From assembly GCA_013239625.1 (NCBI GenBank), contig MU054049.1, forward strand, positions 2,235,892-2,299,891: DNA of 64,000 nt, read 5' to 3'. The position numbers and the translations under genes were made by a program. Under the pieces are notes generated by a model, which was not told the origin of the DNA, ran no database searches, and saw nothing but the letters and a program-made list of their open reading frames with translations. Shown piece by piece: positions 13,222-25,852 of the stretch (positions are counted from its first letter, which is position 1; every line of letters begins with the position of its first letter). This DNA is from Lama guanicoe (Eukaryota).

Positions 13222-13253
<32 letters not shown>
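13222..13253. repeat. Poly(T)32 tract
   Basis: Read directly. Confidence 0.95.
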
Positions 13254-13254
<1 letters not shown>

Positions 13255-13583
13255 TTTAGTAGTATCCATTGTATGGACCTACCACAATTTGGTTATTCAT
13301 TCTCCTGTTGATGGACACTTGGATTGTTACCAATTTTTGGCTATTACAAATAAGGCTGCTGTCAACATTCGTACAAGCCCTTACCTAGACATATATTTCC
13401 TTTCCCTTGGGTAAATTCCTAGGAATGGGACTATATGGTACATGTATGTTTAACTTTTTAAGATACAAACTGCCGAACTGCCAAACTTTTCCAAAGTGAT
13501 TACACTCTTTTACATTCTTACTAGGAGTATGAAAGTTCCAGTTTTTCTGTATCTCCAGCAACATTTGGTTTGGGCGTCTATTT

Positions 13584-13917
13584 TAACCATAAGTTTGTTT
13601 TCTATGTCTGTGTATCTGTTCCTGTTCTGTAAATAAGTTCACTTGTGTCTTTTTTTTTAAGATTCCAGATATAAGTGATATTATATGATATGGTATTTTT
13701 CTTTCTCTTTCTGGCTTACTTCACTTAGGATGATGATCTCTAGGTCCATCTATGTTGCTGCAAATGGCATTGTTTTATTCTTTTTCATAGCTGAATAGTA
13801 CTCCATTATTTAAATATACCACAACTTCTTTATCCAGCCATCTGTTGAGAGACCTTTAGGTTGTTTTCATGTCTTGGCTATTTTAAATAGTGCTGCTGTG
13901 AATGTTGAGGTGCATGT
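13584..13917 (-). mobile_element. Tail-less internal fragment of a younger L1 3' region
   Basis: Similar to L1 3' sequence at 120-360 and to the reverse complement of ~27210-27535. Confidence 0.75.
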
Positions 13918-14085
13918 GGTATTAGGGGGAAAGCATTCATTCTTCAACATTAAGTAGGATGTTAGCTTTACGTTTTTTGTATATAGTTTTCATCATGTTG
14001 AAGGAGTTCCTATCTGTTTCTAGTTTGCTGAGAGTTTTGCTCAGGACGAGGGTCATGAGTTTTGTCAAATGTTTGTTTTGTGTCT

Positions 14086-14601
14086 TGTCACCAATAAACA
14101 AAGCTGTATACTAGTTAAAGTGGGAAGGATGGAGTTTATTCAGTAATAACTATTGCAATAGGAAGGAGAGTCCAGTGTGAACTGAATTCATCTTATTCTT
14201 GTCTGGCAGTGACTAGGATGTTTGAAAGTAGAATGAGAGAGTAGGAAGGAGAAATGAATGGGGAAAAAAGTGGGAGCTTGAGCAGAGTCAGGGTTATAGA
14301 AATTTATAAAAACCTGGAAAGGCATTTGGTCATTGTGATTAAGCCATCTGGGTTTGCTAACTGGTATGTATTATAGTTGGGCTCCTACCCTCCCACAGAG
14401 ATTGGGAGACAGAGGCTGTATCTTCAGGTGTTTACTGGAACAAACAGTAAATGCTTTTGGCAGTGTTGAGTTTTCTCACTTAATATCTTAGGTTGGAGTC
14501 ATCATCCTAAGGACACGGCCATGAGAAGTTAGAAGCTATGCTAGTATTAGTGCAAGAGTTTAGGAGGAGTCATTATGTGCCAAGAGTTTTTGCAGTTCTC
14601 A
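14086..14601 (-). mobile_element. Solo ERV1-class LTR (MER31/MER67-like)
   Basis: TG...CA termini with 4-bp TSD GTCT (14082-14085 and 14602-14605); AATAAA on the minus strand near 14135. Confidence 0.85.
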
Positions 14602-14644
14602 GTCTTACTGCAATGATCATATGGGTTTTATTTTTTATTTTGAC

Positions 14645-15194
14645 TGTTAGTCAGGGATCTTCAGAGAAACAGAACCAAAAGAATACCTCCCTATGTATCT
14701 TTCCATATCTTATATGTGCATATAAGTATATAGGTACCGTATATATATATATATATAAGAGGAGATTTATTATAGGAGTTGGCTCACATGGTTGTGGAGG
14801 CTGAGAAATCCCACCACCTGCTATCTGCAAGCTGAAGAACCAGGGAGGCTGGTGTAAGTCCAAAAACCAGGGAGGCAGAGGATGGAATCTTGATGTGATT
14901 CCAAAGGCCAGAGTCTGAAGGGCTGAGAACCAGGAGCACTAATACCCAAGGGCAGTACAAGATGGATGTTCCAACTCAAACAAACAGAAATTCACCCTTC
15001 CTCCACATTTTTGTTCTATTCAGACCCTCAGTGGATTGTGTGATGCCCACTCACATCAGTGAGGGCTACCTTCTTTTCATTCAAATGCTAATATCTTCTG
15101 GGAGAATTCTCACAAACCTGCCCCAAAATACTTTAACCAGCTATCTGAGTATCCCTTAGCCCATTCAAGTTGACACATAAAATTAACTATCACA
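14645..15194 (-). mobile_element. MLT2 (ERVL) solo LTR
   Basis: tgttagtcagggatcttcagagaaacagaacca...aagttgacacataaaattaactatcaca. Confidence 0.88.
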
Positions 15195-15717
15195 GTTTGC
15201 TAACACAACAAAGGTTGATTTTTTTTTTAATGTACCAACCTTATATTTCTAATATAAACCACACTTGGTTATGATGTATTATCATTTTTATGTATGACTG
15301 GATTTGAATTGCTAACATTTTGTCTTGAATTTTTGCATCTGTGTTCAAAAGGAGTATTGGTTCATAGTTTTATTTGATTACAATGCTTTTGTCTGATTTT
15401 GTTATAAGGATAATGTTGTTCTCATTCAATGATTAGGGAATTATTTACTCCTCTTTAATATTTTAGAAGAATTCAAATGGAATTGGTATTATTCTTTTTC
15501 CTTAAGTCTTGGTAGAATTAACCAGTGAAACCATTTGGATCTGGAGAATTTTTGTGAGAAAGTTTCAAACTACAATATCAATATCTTTAGCTAATATAAG
15601 CCTATTTAGGTTATATGTTTCTTCTTGAATGCACTTTTATAGTTTGCATCTTTCATGGAATTGGTCGGTTTCATTGTTGACTTTATTGGCATAAAATCTT
15701 TCATAATGTTCCTTTAT

Positions 15718-16074
15718 TGTGTTAGTCTGTTGAGGCTGCTATAACAAAGCACTTCAGACTGCCTACTTCAAACAACAGAAATTTATTTCTCACAGTTTCA
15801 GAGGCTGGGAGTTCCATATCAGGGCACCAGCACGATTGGATGAGGGCCGTCTTCCGGGTTGCAGATATCTTGTTATATCATCACGGGGGTTGAGGGGGAG
15901 GAAGAGAATATTTCTAGGGTTTCTTTTATAAGTATATTAATCCATTTATGAGAGCTTTACTTACATGACCTAATCACTTCCCAAAGGCCCCACTTCCTGA
16001 TACTATCACATTGGGCGTTAGGATTTCAACATATGAGCTTGAGTTTTGGGGGGACACAGGCATTCAGCCTATAG
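15718..16074 (-). mobile_element. MLT1A-like MaLR LTR
   Basis: ggctgctataacaaa...aatttatttctcacagtt...gatttcaacatatga...cattcag. Confidence 0.85.
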
Positions 16075-18494
16075 AGCTTAGCATTTTGATATCTTTAGAA
16101 TCTGTTGTGACATTGCTTTCATTCTTGATGCTGGTAATTTGTGTCTTTGCTTATATTTTTTGATCTGGCCAGAGGTTTATCAGTTTTATTGATCTTCTCA
16201 AAGAATTCTTTTGGTTCAGAGATTTTCTTTTGTCTGTCTGTTTTCTATTTCTTTCATTCCTGCTTTGATATTTATTATCTTCTTTCCTCTGTTTCCTTTG
16301 AGTTTAATTTGCTCTTCTTTTCCTAACTTTTTAAGGTAGAGGCCAAGGTTATTTGAGACTTTTCTTATTTTCTGTTATAGGTATTTAGTAATTATAAATT
16401 TCCCAAATTCTGCTTTCATGGCATCCCACAAATTCTCTATATTGTTTCATTTTCATTCAGTTCAAAAAATACTTTCTAATCTCCCTTTTGATTTCTTCTT
16501 TGATCCATGGGTTATTTTAAGTGCATTATCTAATTTCCAAAATTTCTGGACTTTCCAGAGATCTATTTAGTTCCATTTTGATCTGAAAACATATTTTAAA
16601 TAACTTAAATCCTTTTAAATTTATCCAAACTTGCTTCATTGTGCAGAATATTGTCTCTTTTGATAAATGTTCTGTGTATGTTAAAGAAAAATGTGTATTC
16701 CACTGTTGTTGAATGGAGTGTTCTATAAATGTCAGTCATGTCAAGTTGATTGATAGTGTTTTCAAGTCTGCTGTAGCCTTGCAGTCTACTTGTTCTGTTA
16801 GTAGAAAGAGTGGTCATTAAACTGCTGACTATAATTGTGGATTTTTCTGTTTCTCCTTATAGTTATACCAATTTTCCTGTGTGTATTTGATGCTCTTTTA
16901 TTAGGTGCATAAACATTTAGAATTGTTTGGTCTTTATAAATTAACCTGCTTATTATTATCCCTGGTGATTATATTCTTTGCTCTGAAGTCTACTTTGATG
17001 ATAGTATAGGCACTACAGCTTTCTTTTGATTAGTGTTGGTATGGTATCACCTTTTCTATCTTTTTACTTTTCACCTGTGCCTTTATATTTAAAGTGCTTT
17101 CCGTGTCAGCAAAATATGATTGGGTCTTTTTATCCAGTCTGACAATCTCTCTTTATTTGGGTGTTTAGACCATTTATATCTAATGAGATCATTGATATGG
17201 TTAGATTAAGCCTTCCTATTTGCTTTCTGCTTGTCCTGTCTGTTCTTTGCCTCCCTTTTCATTCCTTTTCTGCCTTTTAAAAAACTGAGTATATAAGAGT
17301 TAATTTTTTTCATCCTTTTTGGCTTGTAAGCTATAACTCCTTATTTCGGTGGTTTTCAATTTTATTAATTTTATTTTTTTAGGGTTATAGCATAAATCTT
17401 TAGCTTGTCACAATGTACCTTCAATTGGTACTATGGTACTTCAAGAGTACTATAAGAATCCTATACTTTAGTATAGTGTACTTTTATTTCTCCCCTCCTC
17501 GTCTTTAAGCTGCTGTTATCATACATTTTTATTATATATACGTTATAAACCCCAGAATACAATGTTACAATTTTTTAAACACTTTTCTCTTTAAGGAGAT
17601 TAAAATAATAAGAAAAAACATCTATTTACCCTTATGTAATGTAACTGCCATTTCTGGTGTTCTTCATCTCTTTGAGTAGAGCCGTATTTCCGTTTGTCAT
17701 TTTCCTTCTGTGTGAAGGACTTCCTTTAACACTTCTTCTATTGTGACTTGGCTGGTAATGACTTCTTTTAACTTTCTTTTTTGTTTTCTTCATTTCTTAT
17801 GTCTGGGGTTTGTTGAGCTTTGTGGATCTATGGGTTTACAGTTTTTGTTGAACTTGAAATATTTTTCAAATATTTTTTCTGTCCCCTCCCTTCTTTGGGG
17901 ACTCTGTAACACACATTAACTGGCTTGAAGTTGTCCAGTATTGTGTTTTTAATTAAAAATATTTTTACTGTGCTTTATTTTGGATAATTCTAATTGATAT
18001 GTTTATAAGTTCACTAATCTTTTATTTTTCGATGTCTAATCTCTCATTGATTCCATCTAGTGTATTTTTCATCATAGATGTGGTATAGTTTCCATCTCTA
18101 GAAGTTCAGTTTGGATCTTTTTTTATATCTTCCATGTTTGTATTGAACTTTTTGATCATAAGATCCAAGCTGAACTTCTAAAAATTGATTTAAAAATAAA
18201 ACTGACTTAAGATGCCAAGTGATGGGTATCTTTGTAGTATTGTTTTTTAATTAAAAAATTTTTCAGCATAGTTGTGGTATCTTGAATACATTTCTGTTAG
18301 ATTATTTTGAGGTTTTCTTCATTTCTTTCCCAGTCCTCTTTTCTTTTTTATGCAAATAATTTCACCATTTTAAAAATCTGTATTATTCTTACTCTTCTGT
18401 CCCCTTACCCTGTTGTCTCATATCTTTGCTTATCCCTAGGCCTATTTGAAACGTCCTTCCATGCACCAGTGTAGGATTATTAACATGTATTTTT

Positions 18495-18746
18495 TAAACA
18501 TTTTTTATTGAGGTATAACTATTTTACAATGTTGTGTCAAATTCTAGTGAAGAGCACAATTTTTCAGTTATACATGAACATATATATATATATTCATTGT
18601 CACTTTTTTGTCTGTGAGCTACCATAAGATCTTGTATATATTTCCTTGTGCTGTACATTATAATCTTGTTTATCTGTTCTACATTTTGAAATCCCAATCT
18701 GTCCCTTCCTACCCTCCACCCCCTTGGCAACCACAAATTTGTATTC
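18495..18746 (-). mobile_element. Young 5'-truncated L1 3'-end insertion
   Basis: 17-bp TSD tattaacatgtattttt (18478-18494 and 18747-18763). Confidence 0.9.
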
Positions 18747-18879
18747 TATTAACATGTATTTTTAAAAGTCTAAAAGACAGTTTTGTATTTGGCCATCAGA
18801 TCAATATTTGATGAAATACACATTTCATTTGACAGTATTTGTGAATTACTTTCCATCTCAGAACAATGTCTGTTTTATT

Positions 18880-19400
18880 CTGTTATTAACAGGGTCCCAG
18901 GGTCTACTGTAAGCAACAGCATGAGAGGGGTTTACTACAAGGAAGTAGATGCTTACAAAATAATTGCAGGACTGGAGGAGTAGGCCTCTTCTGAGTTTCC
19001 AGAAACAGTTAACTCCCAGCATCCCTGAACTACCCTGCTGAGATCAGGAGCTGACAAATCAGAAAGTTGCTGCTGAAACTTCTGATAAAAAAAATCACTG
19101 TAATGATTGGTGACAATGGAAAAATTTTTTACCATGGTTTGAAAAGCTGCCACTGCTCCTACGAATTTGCTGAATTAGGAAGAAGCTACTGGCTCTGGAA
19201 CTACACCATTTTGCCATGATCTGGACAAACAAAGTGGATACTTTGTCTTCTGCTTTTCTTCCTGTGTCTCATCTACAAACAGAACTTTCCGTGTGAATGC
19301 AACATAATTATGAATTAATTGGATTAGTGCAGCCTAATTATGTCTGGAACTCAAATTGCAAGATTGTCCATAAAACACACTTTTTAACTTTCTGCGCTTT
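18880..19400. mobile_element. Ancient LTR remnant (LTR78-like)
   Basis: Weak resemblance to recalled ancient LTR motifs (gctgccactgc...gcctaattatgtctggaactcaaattgcaag). Confidence 0.35.
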
Positions 19401-21599
19401 AAAGTGAAATTGGTATAGATACTGAAAAAAAATGATCCACATCACAGTATCTCTTGAAGAGGATAAACAAAAAGGTAGTTCAATGATTATCTTGCATTTA
19501 AACAGCACACTCCATAGGAAATGAAAGTGGTGTTTTCTTTTATGTGTTTATAAACAGTCCTGTTTCTGGCCCTATTGGCCTCACCATCTTGCTTCTGAGG
19601 TCAACAGATGGATTTTACTGTGTAGCATCAGGATAATGATCATCTAAACACATTTATATTTTCTATGAAAAGATATGAATGTTGGCAGCTTACACTGTAC
19701 TCATCTTAACCTGACATCTCAAAAGATGGCCTCACAGTTGTTTAAGTGGTAACTATTTTGAGGCATAACCATCACACTTTCACTTCTTAAAATTATTCTT
19801 TTTTCTCTATTAGGTAAGTCTTTCCCTTTTAAATCATAAAAACCTAATATAAGGAAAAAACAATCTGTGTTTTAACATGCCAGAATCTCCAGAGCCGTGT
19901 AGCTCAAGCCCCAGTTTAATGCTCAGTCCTGCTCTGTGTCATCATAACTAAGTTGTTCTTGGTCCCATTAGGGCATCTCTCATGGTGCTGCCCCACTACT
20001 TCAAAAGGCAGTCTGTCCTTTTTGGAGTTACCAGATTTGATATCCAGTATAAGAAGTAAGTGTCTGTAGCTTTCTTTTATTGACAGTCCTTTTTTTCTTC
20101 TAGGAACCATCAGTCTTATTTTGCAGCATAAAAATCCCTTGTTTCATGTATTACAAACATGAGTCTCTGATTCTGGTTGTTCTCTTTTAGACCATACCTA
20201 GTTTCTTCCTAGAAGTATGTTTAAATGAAGAGTTGAATGTACATCTTTAAAATATGTCCATCCCAAATTACTGCCTTTGGTTGGGCATCATCTTTTGTGA
20301 GATCATTTGTATGGCTTCTTGAGTTATCTGTCTGTTTTCCCTGTGGGAGCCCCAAGAGATGAATATTCTCCTACCTAGAAACCAGGATGTCTTTTGTCAT
20401 CTGTTTACCTTTCCTTGGTCCCTGGAGTGGTTTTTTTAAAACCTGTTTCCAAGTATGTTTCTTCTGTCTGGTAATCTTATCTGTCACTAATATGCTGGGA
20501 ACTACTCTTGTTTGCTCAAGCACACACAAAGTTGTAGCACACTTGCTGTTTAAGAACCAAATATGAGTAATTCTTCTCTAAATTCTTGTTTTCTTCCTTG
20601 TAAGCCTTGTTTTCTTTGAGAATGAAAAAATAAGATTAGATATTTTTCTAGTGATAAAAAAAGAGTGAGTTGTTATCATACATTAGATACAAGTTGATCA
20701 GTTGAACTGTTACATTTTCTGGTGCACACATTGATTTTGAGGCTTAAATGCAGATAAATTTATGAGATCCTGCCACTTTAAATATTCTTAGTCAAAAGCC
20801 ATAAGTATTTGTTCTGGCTGTTTTATATATTATAAGCTTACCTTTCCCAGATAATTCTCACCAAAGTCTTGAACTTTTAACGGTTTGCTGTTTACTTTAG
20901 GGTATTGATACAGAAGGATGTGCAGAATGACTGTAGCAGACCTTTGTGATGTTGGTCTGGTGGGAGTTTGCTTGGTAAGCGTCCACATCATGTAGGTAAA
21001 ACTAACAGTCTAGTTCAATGTGTCGCATATATATTGAGTGAAAATGTTTCACGAATATGTGTCTTGGTGCCACTGCAGGACCCAGTTATTATGGTTTGTT
21101 GGTTGTCACTATTCTCTTACAGATTTTTTGTCAGTAACTGTGTTGAGAATAAGAAAACTGCCTACATTTGTTTTTAAATGCAGAGATTTCAAAAAATAAT
21201 CTTATAGCCATAGCATCCTATAATAGTTGTTAGTGACTTTTATGTTTGACTTCATCGAGATGACCCCTTTATTTTATACAAATGAAGAAACAGATCCGAA
21301 GAGAAATCCCTTGCCCAGGGTCACTTGAATTTGTATGATTTTTTTTCCCGTGTTACTTTGTTTTCTCTTTAAAAATGCTTTCACATGAATATAAATATAC
21401 TCCACACATCTGTTCTTTCATTCATTTATACATCAAGCAGGTATGAACAATATATTATATGCTGGAAAAAATCCTGCCCTCATGGAGTCTATAATCCAGC
21501 AGGGAGACAGGAAGGAGCCATGCCACAGAGTGCAGTGAGTGCTCGGGGGCCAGCCTCCCTGGTGTATTGCAGCGGGAGCTTTTTTGATCTTTGATGTGA

Positions 21600-21960
21600 C
21601 TAGTTATGTTTTTGTTTTTGTTTATCTCATTTCTCCTTGGGATTTAGGTGTGCTTTTTCAGTTTTTGAATTTAAGGATCCAGGCCTTTCTTCATTTTTGA
21701 AAATTTTTTCACCCATTATTTCCTCAAATACTGCCTCTCCCTCTTTCGCTTCTTTCTCCCTTTCTGGGAATAAAACTCTGTTCTGTCGGTCTCTGTGTAC
21801 TGTACTCTGGGTGGTTTCTTCAGTGTTCTCTTTTCTATTCACTAGCCCTCTCCTTGGTCAGGTTTAGACCTGCCATTGAGATTTTAATGTCAACATGTTT
21901 TTATTTCATATTTATTTTTTCATAATTTCCTGTCTTTGCATTACTTTTTTATTTTTCCTT
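21600..21960 (-). mobile_element. Degraded L1/HAL1 ORF1 fragment
   Basis: ORF 21627-21842 contains EAVFEEIMGEKIF, resembling the L1 ORF1 motif FEEIMAENF. Confidence 0.6.
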
Positions 21961-22229
21961 TATCTCCATCAACAACAATTCAAACTTCGTTCCTTTAGTT
22001 TCCACTGTGTACTATGAATTGTGTTTATGTATAAAAACAATTTGGTTGTGAATATTACCTGAAACTCTAGCTATGAAAATTCTTCAGTTTCCAGTAAATA
22101 TGTTTGATGCATCACCCTTTAATAAGTGGAGGTATGCAGTCATCCATTAATTAATTATTCATTTCACATGTGACCATTTTTATAGCATCTAAATAGGTGA
22201 AGCTACCACTAAGGATTTGTTTTATTTCA

Positions 22230-22460
22230 TTTAATATAGCATACAGTTATATCAGGATTATTCTGTACCAAGGCAGTGTTCTTCTCAGGGCTTACAAATA
22301 CTAACTCAACTCATTTGATCCTCATTTGAGGACCATGAGATAGGTATAGTCATTGTCATCCTACTCTTATGGGTGAGGCCCGGAAAAACTGAATGAGTTG
22401 CCCACAGTTCCCTGGTTGGCGGTTGGACCGTGGTAGAATTGGTATCCTCCACACCCATGC
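22230..22460 (-). mobile_element. MIR SINE
   Basis: Core-like ccatgagataggtatagtcattgtcatcctactcttatgggtgagg...gagttgcccacag. Confidence 0.6.
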
Positions 22461-22639
22461 TCTTCCCTCATTTGCTTTTTGCGTGCCGCTCAGCCAGCTG
22501 TTATCTTTGCAAGCCACATGTCCCTCGTGATGAACCTCGCCCAGCCCCACTCCCTCTGTGCTACATCCGCACAACACTTAAGTCTATACTGAGATAGAGT
22601 CAGATGCTCTTCTGTTTACTTCCTATGTCTATATCTTGT

Positions 22640-23780
22640 GTCTTCATTAATTTATTCATTCTTTGAACAGATTTGTATTAAGCACTCATTACATGGTGGG
22701 TGCTGTGTCAGGCATCACATAAGTATGATGTTAACACAGAGACACCCTCTCTGCTGCCTAAATCTCTCCCAAACTATGTGCTTCTGTAGGTCCCCACGCC
22801 ACAGCTGTAGTCCCAGACTTCACATTGATTCGACTGCTGCAGCAGCCTACACACGGGCCTCCTTGCTTCAGCCTCTCTTCCTACTCTGCATGCTGCTGGC
22901 GGGAGAAGAGCCCGTTACACAGTCCATGTGGTAGGTGCCATCGTCCTGAGAGGCACCCCTGATCATCTCGTGGTGACAGGGAAGGTTTTCTGAAAGAAGA
23001 GATGTCAAAGACAAGTCCTTAAGTAGTAAGAGTTAGTTGTAGATAGAGGAGAAGAGTGTTCAGGGCAAAGAGAAAGGTAAGGCCAACCTTCCTAGGGAAG
23101 AGAAGAACATACGGTATGTTTGAGGTACTGGGAAAAACCTCGCTGTGCTGGAACTTGAAGTCTGCGGTGGGAGCAGTGAGACGAGTCAGGAGCAGCCACG
23201 TTGGTGCTGAGGGCACTGAGATGTCAGTGCAGGCAAAGCGCAGGGAGTTGAAGTTGAAGCTCTGTGTAGTTAGGTGACTGAGCAGTTTGGTGAGGGGGTT
23301 GGGGAGGAGATCACTTATAATGCTGTGGGAACAGTCTGGGTGGTGATGACCTGAACCAGTGAGGTGGTACTGGCGGTGACAGAAGTGAGCAGATCGCGGA
23401 GAGATGAACAGGAGGTAGGAATGACGACAGTGCTGGTGGCTGGTGGAGGGTGGTGGTCAGGTAGCTGAGGTCTGGCCTAGGCAAAAGGCTGCCATCATTC
23501 ACTCCAACAGAAGAGACGTGGCAGGTTAGCAGGAAAGTGGTGAGTTTGGTGGTGGATGTGCAAGTGTGAGGTGTTTGTTGGGGTCCCAGCTGGAGATACC
23601 CAGAATTCAGTTGTGTCTGAATCTCTAGAGAAAAGTCTATCTAGGCTAGAGATAGAAAGATAGAAATTTTAGAGTTGGTGACATATAGATGGTAAAGGAT
23701 GCCCTAGGAAGAGATGAAATTTTCAGTTAGAACAAATAGCCTGAAATAAGGGTATGTGACAGGACACCGAGGAAGAGGAG
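22640..23780 (-). mobile_element. L2 fragments
   Basis: ttcattctttgaacagatttgtattaagcact 3' end followed by purine-rich L2 body. Confidence 0.6.
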
Positions 23781-23997
23781 TCACCACGTCGAGTCACTGT
23801 CTCACAGACACCCCATGCTGATAGGTACTTTTGGTGCTTGCTGTATTTAGAAATATTTTATATCTTTCTTCCATGCTGCCTTTGCATAGGCAATAAAATA
23901 CCACCCCTTTCATTCAGTCGTCCTTTTGCTGTGTTTGTGCATTTTTTGTGTTTGCTTATTAACTCAGTTTACTGCATTTCAGAAACCTGTATTTTTT

Positions 23998-24138
23998 AAA
24001 CATTTTTTATTGATTTATAATCATTTTACAATGTTGTGTCAAATTCCAGTGTAGAGCACAATTTTTCAGTTATACATGAACATGTGTATATTCATTGTTA
24101 CATTTTTTCTCTGTGAGCTACCATAAGATCTTGTATAT
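23998..24138 (-). mobile_element. 5'-truncated L1 3'-end insertion (same family as 1498 and 18495)
   Basis: TSD-like atttcagaaacctgtatttttt (23976) and atttcagaagcctttatttttt (24139), 2 mismatches. Confidence 0.85.
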
Positions 24139-24769
24139 ATTTCAGAAGCCTTTATTTTTTAAACATCGGGGACTCCTTTGGGCTCATGGTATTTGGGTTA
24201 TATGTGAATAACTCGTAATGGATGCAGTTACAAGAAAGTCTTAATATGTTTTGCCTCAGGGCTTTGTTTTTTGAATTAGGCTTAGGCTAATTAATGCATA
24301 ATGCTTGTGTATTATTAGCTGTGTAATTAAACTTACACTGTAAGCAGGGTCACACACCCCAGTTGTGAAAGACAGGCTCATTATTCATACTGTACCCTAA
24401 GGTTCATCAGCATCTGCTCCCAGAGAGCAGAGGTCATCGCTTCAAATCAGCTGTGGGATCTAGGATTCTGCTGGACTTGGGTGAGCCTCTGCCTTCCAGC
24501 GCAGGTCTTGTGGCCACCCAGTGAGTGTCAGTGTCCTCCTTTCTGGGCCGTGGTGGCCCTCCCATACCAACCCACTGGGAGCCGTTGTCATATCAAATCT
24601 AACTCACAGGCATAGAGACTAGAATCTTTTACCAAGTGAACTTTGGAACTGCCTTTGAAAAAATTATCCTGCCAAACTCAAGGTAGTACTGAGAGTTTTT
24701 CAAGGAAAAAGTGAACTTTGAGCCCCTTATTTAAAAAATTATTTATTGTGAAAAACAGAAAAAATGTGG

Positions 24770-25255
24770 GGGGTTTACTTTAGATGTAAAGAGTCTAAAG
24801 AGGCATAACAGCCAAATATAATGTGTAAACCTTGATGGAACCTGCTAGGAAAAATAAGCAGCTATAAACTGTGTTTCCTGAGACAGCTGATAAATATGAA
24901 TATTGTCTATATATTAGATGATAATTACAGAATTATGGGTCATTTTCTTAGATGTGAAAATGGCACTGTGGTTATGCAGGAGAATGTTCTTGTAGTTAGA
25001 GCATGCATCCAGAAATACGTAGGGTAACGTGCATAATGTCTGCAACTTACTTCAAGTGGTTCAGCCAGAAAAAGAAAAATAACAAGGCAAAGAAAAAATA
25101 AGTGTGTATGTGTGTTTGTATTAGAGAAAGAGAGGGAGAAAGCAAATGTGGCAAGTTTTATAATAGTTGATGCATCTTGTTGAGGGTATAAGGTATTCAC
25201 TGTACTGTTCTTTCAACTTTTCTGTAGATTTTTATATTTTCAAAATGAAAGGCTT
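24770..25255 (+). mobile_element. L1MC/ME-like 3' end
   Basis: gtggttatgcaggagaatg...tgtctgcaacttacttcaagtggttcag...ctttcaacttttctgtag. Confidence 0.75.
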
Positions 25256-25852
25256 TGGGAAATAAAAGAATATGCCATTGTCAAATGTGAGATAAAGCCA
25301 GGGTGGCAGTAAACAATGAAAAACCATAAACAACAATAAACAAAGGGCCAGTGGGTGAATTATCTCATGAGACGCTTCATAGGTATTCAGATATTTTAAA
25401 ATCTGATTTCCAATTTTTTATGCTATTTTAGGATTATGCAAATGTTGACTCACATTTATGCTCAGTTGCTGAAGTAAAGAGGTCTGTTTTCAAAATGTGG
25501 CTATTGCTGATCACTGATGTTTCTCACCCATCATGTTAGCAGAATATTCAGATTGAAAGATGTGACTAGATTAGGTTTTCTCTATGTTGTATTTTAGGAG
25601 ATTTACTTCCTTTGTTTAGGTTTTTGTGCTGTCAAATATCTGTACTTTAGGTATTCTCAGATGTGTGGCTTACTCTGTTTCTTGTTGATCTTTCTTCTCT
25701 GATGTATTAAATAACAGTCTTCAAACTGTCGTACCCGTGGCTGGGAAGTGTGTGCAGACTTTCCAAAGTGCGCACAAGCAGGGCTGGGCTGAAGGGGATC
25801 TGTTTTCAGATCCTCCCTTTCCACATACACTTGAAACTTAAAACTGCTTCTA

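Larger units (their letters stand above)
12870..18160 (-). mobile_element. Old L1 (L1MC/MD-like), 3' end to ORF1, fragmented by nested insertions
   Basis: L1M 3' end at ~12880; ORF2 remnant 16605-16817 (INQLDMTDIYRTLHSTTVEYTFF); ORF1-region text at ~17800-18100. Confidence 0.85.
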
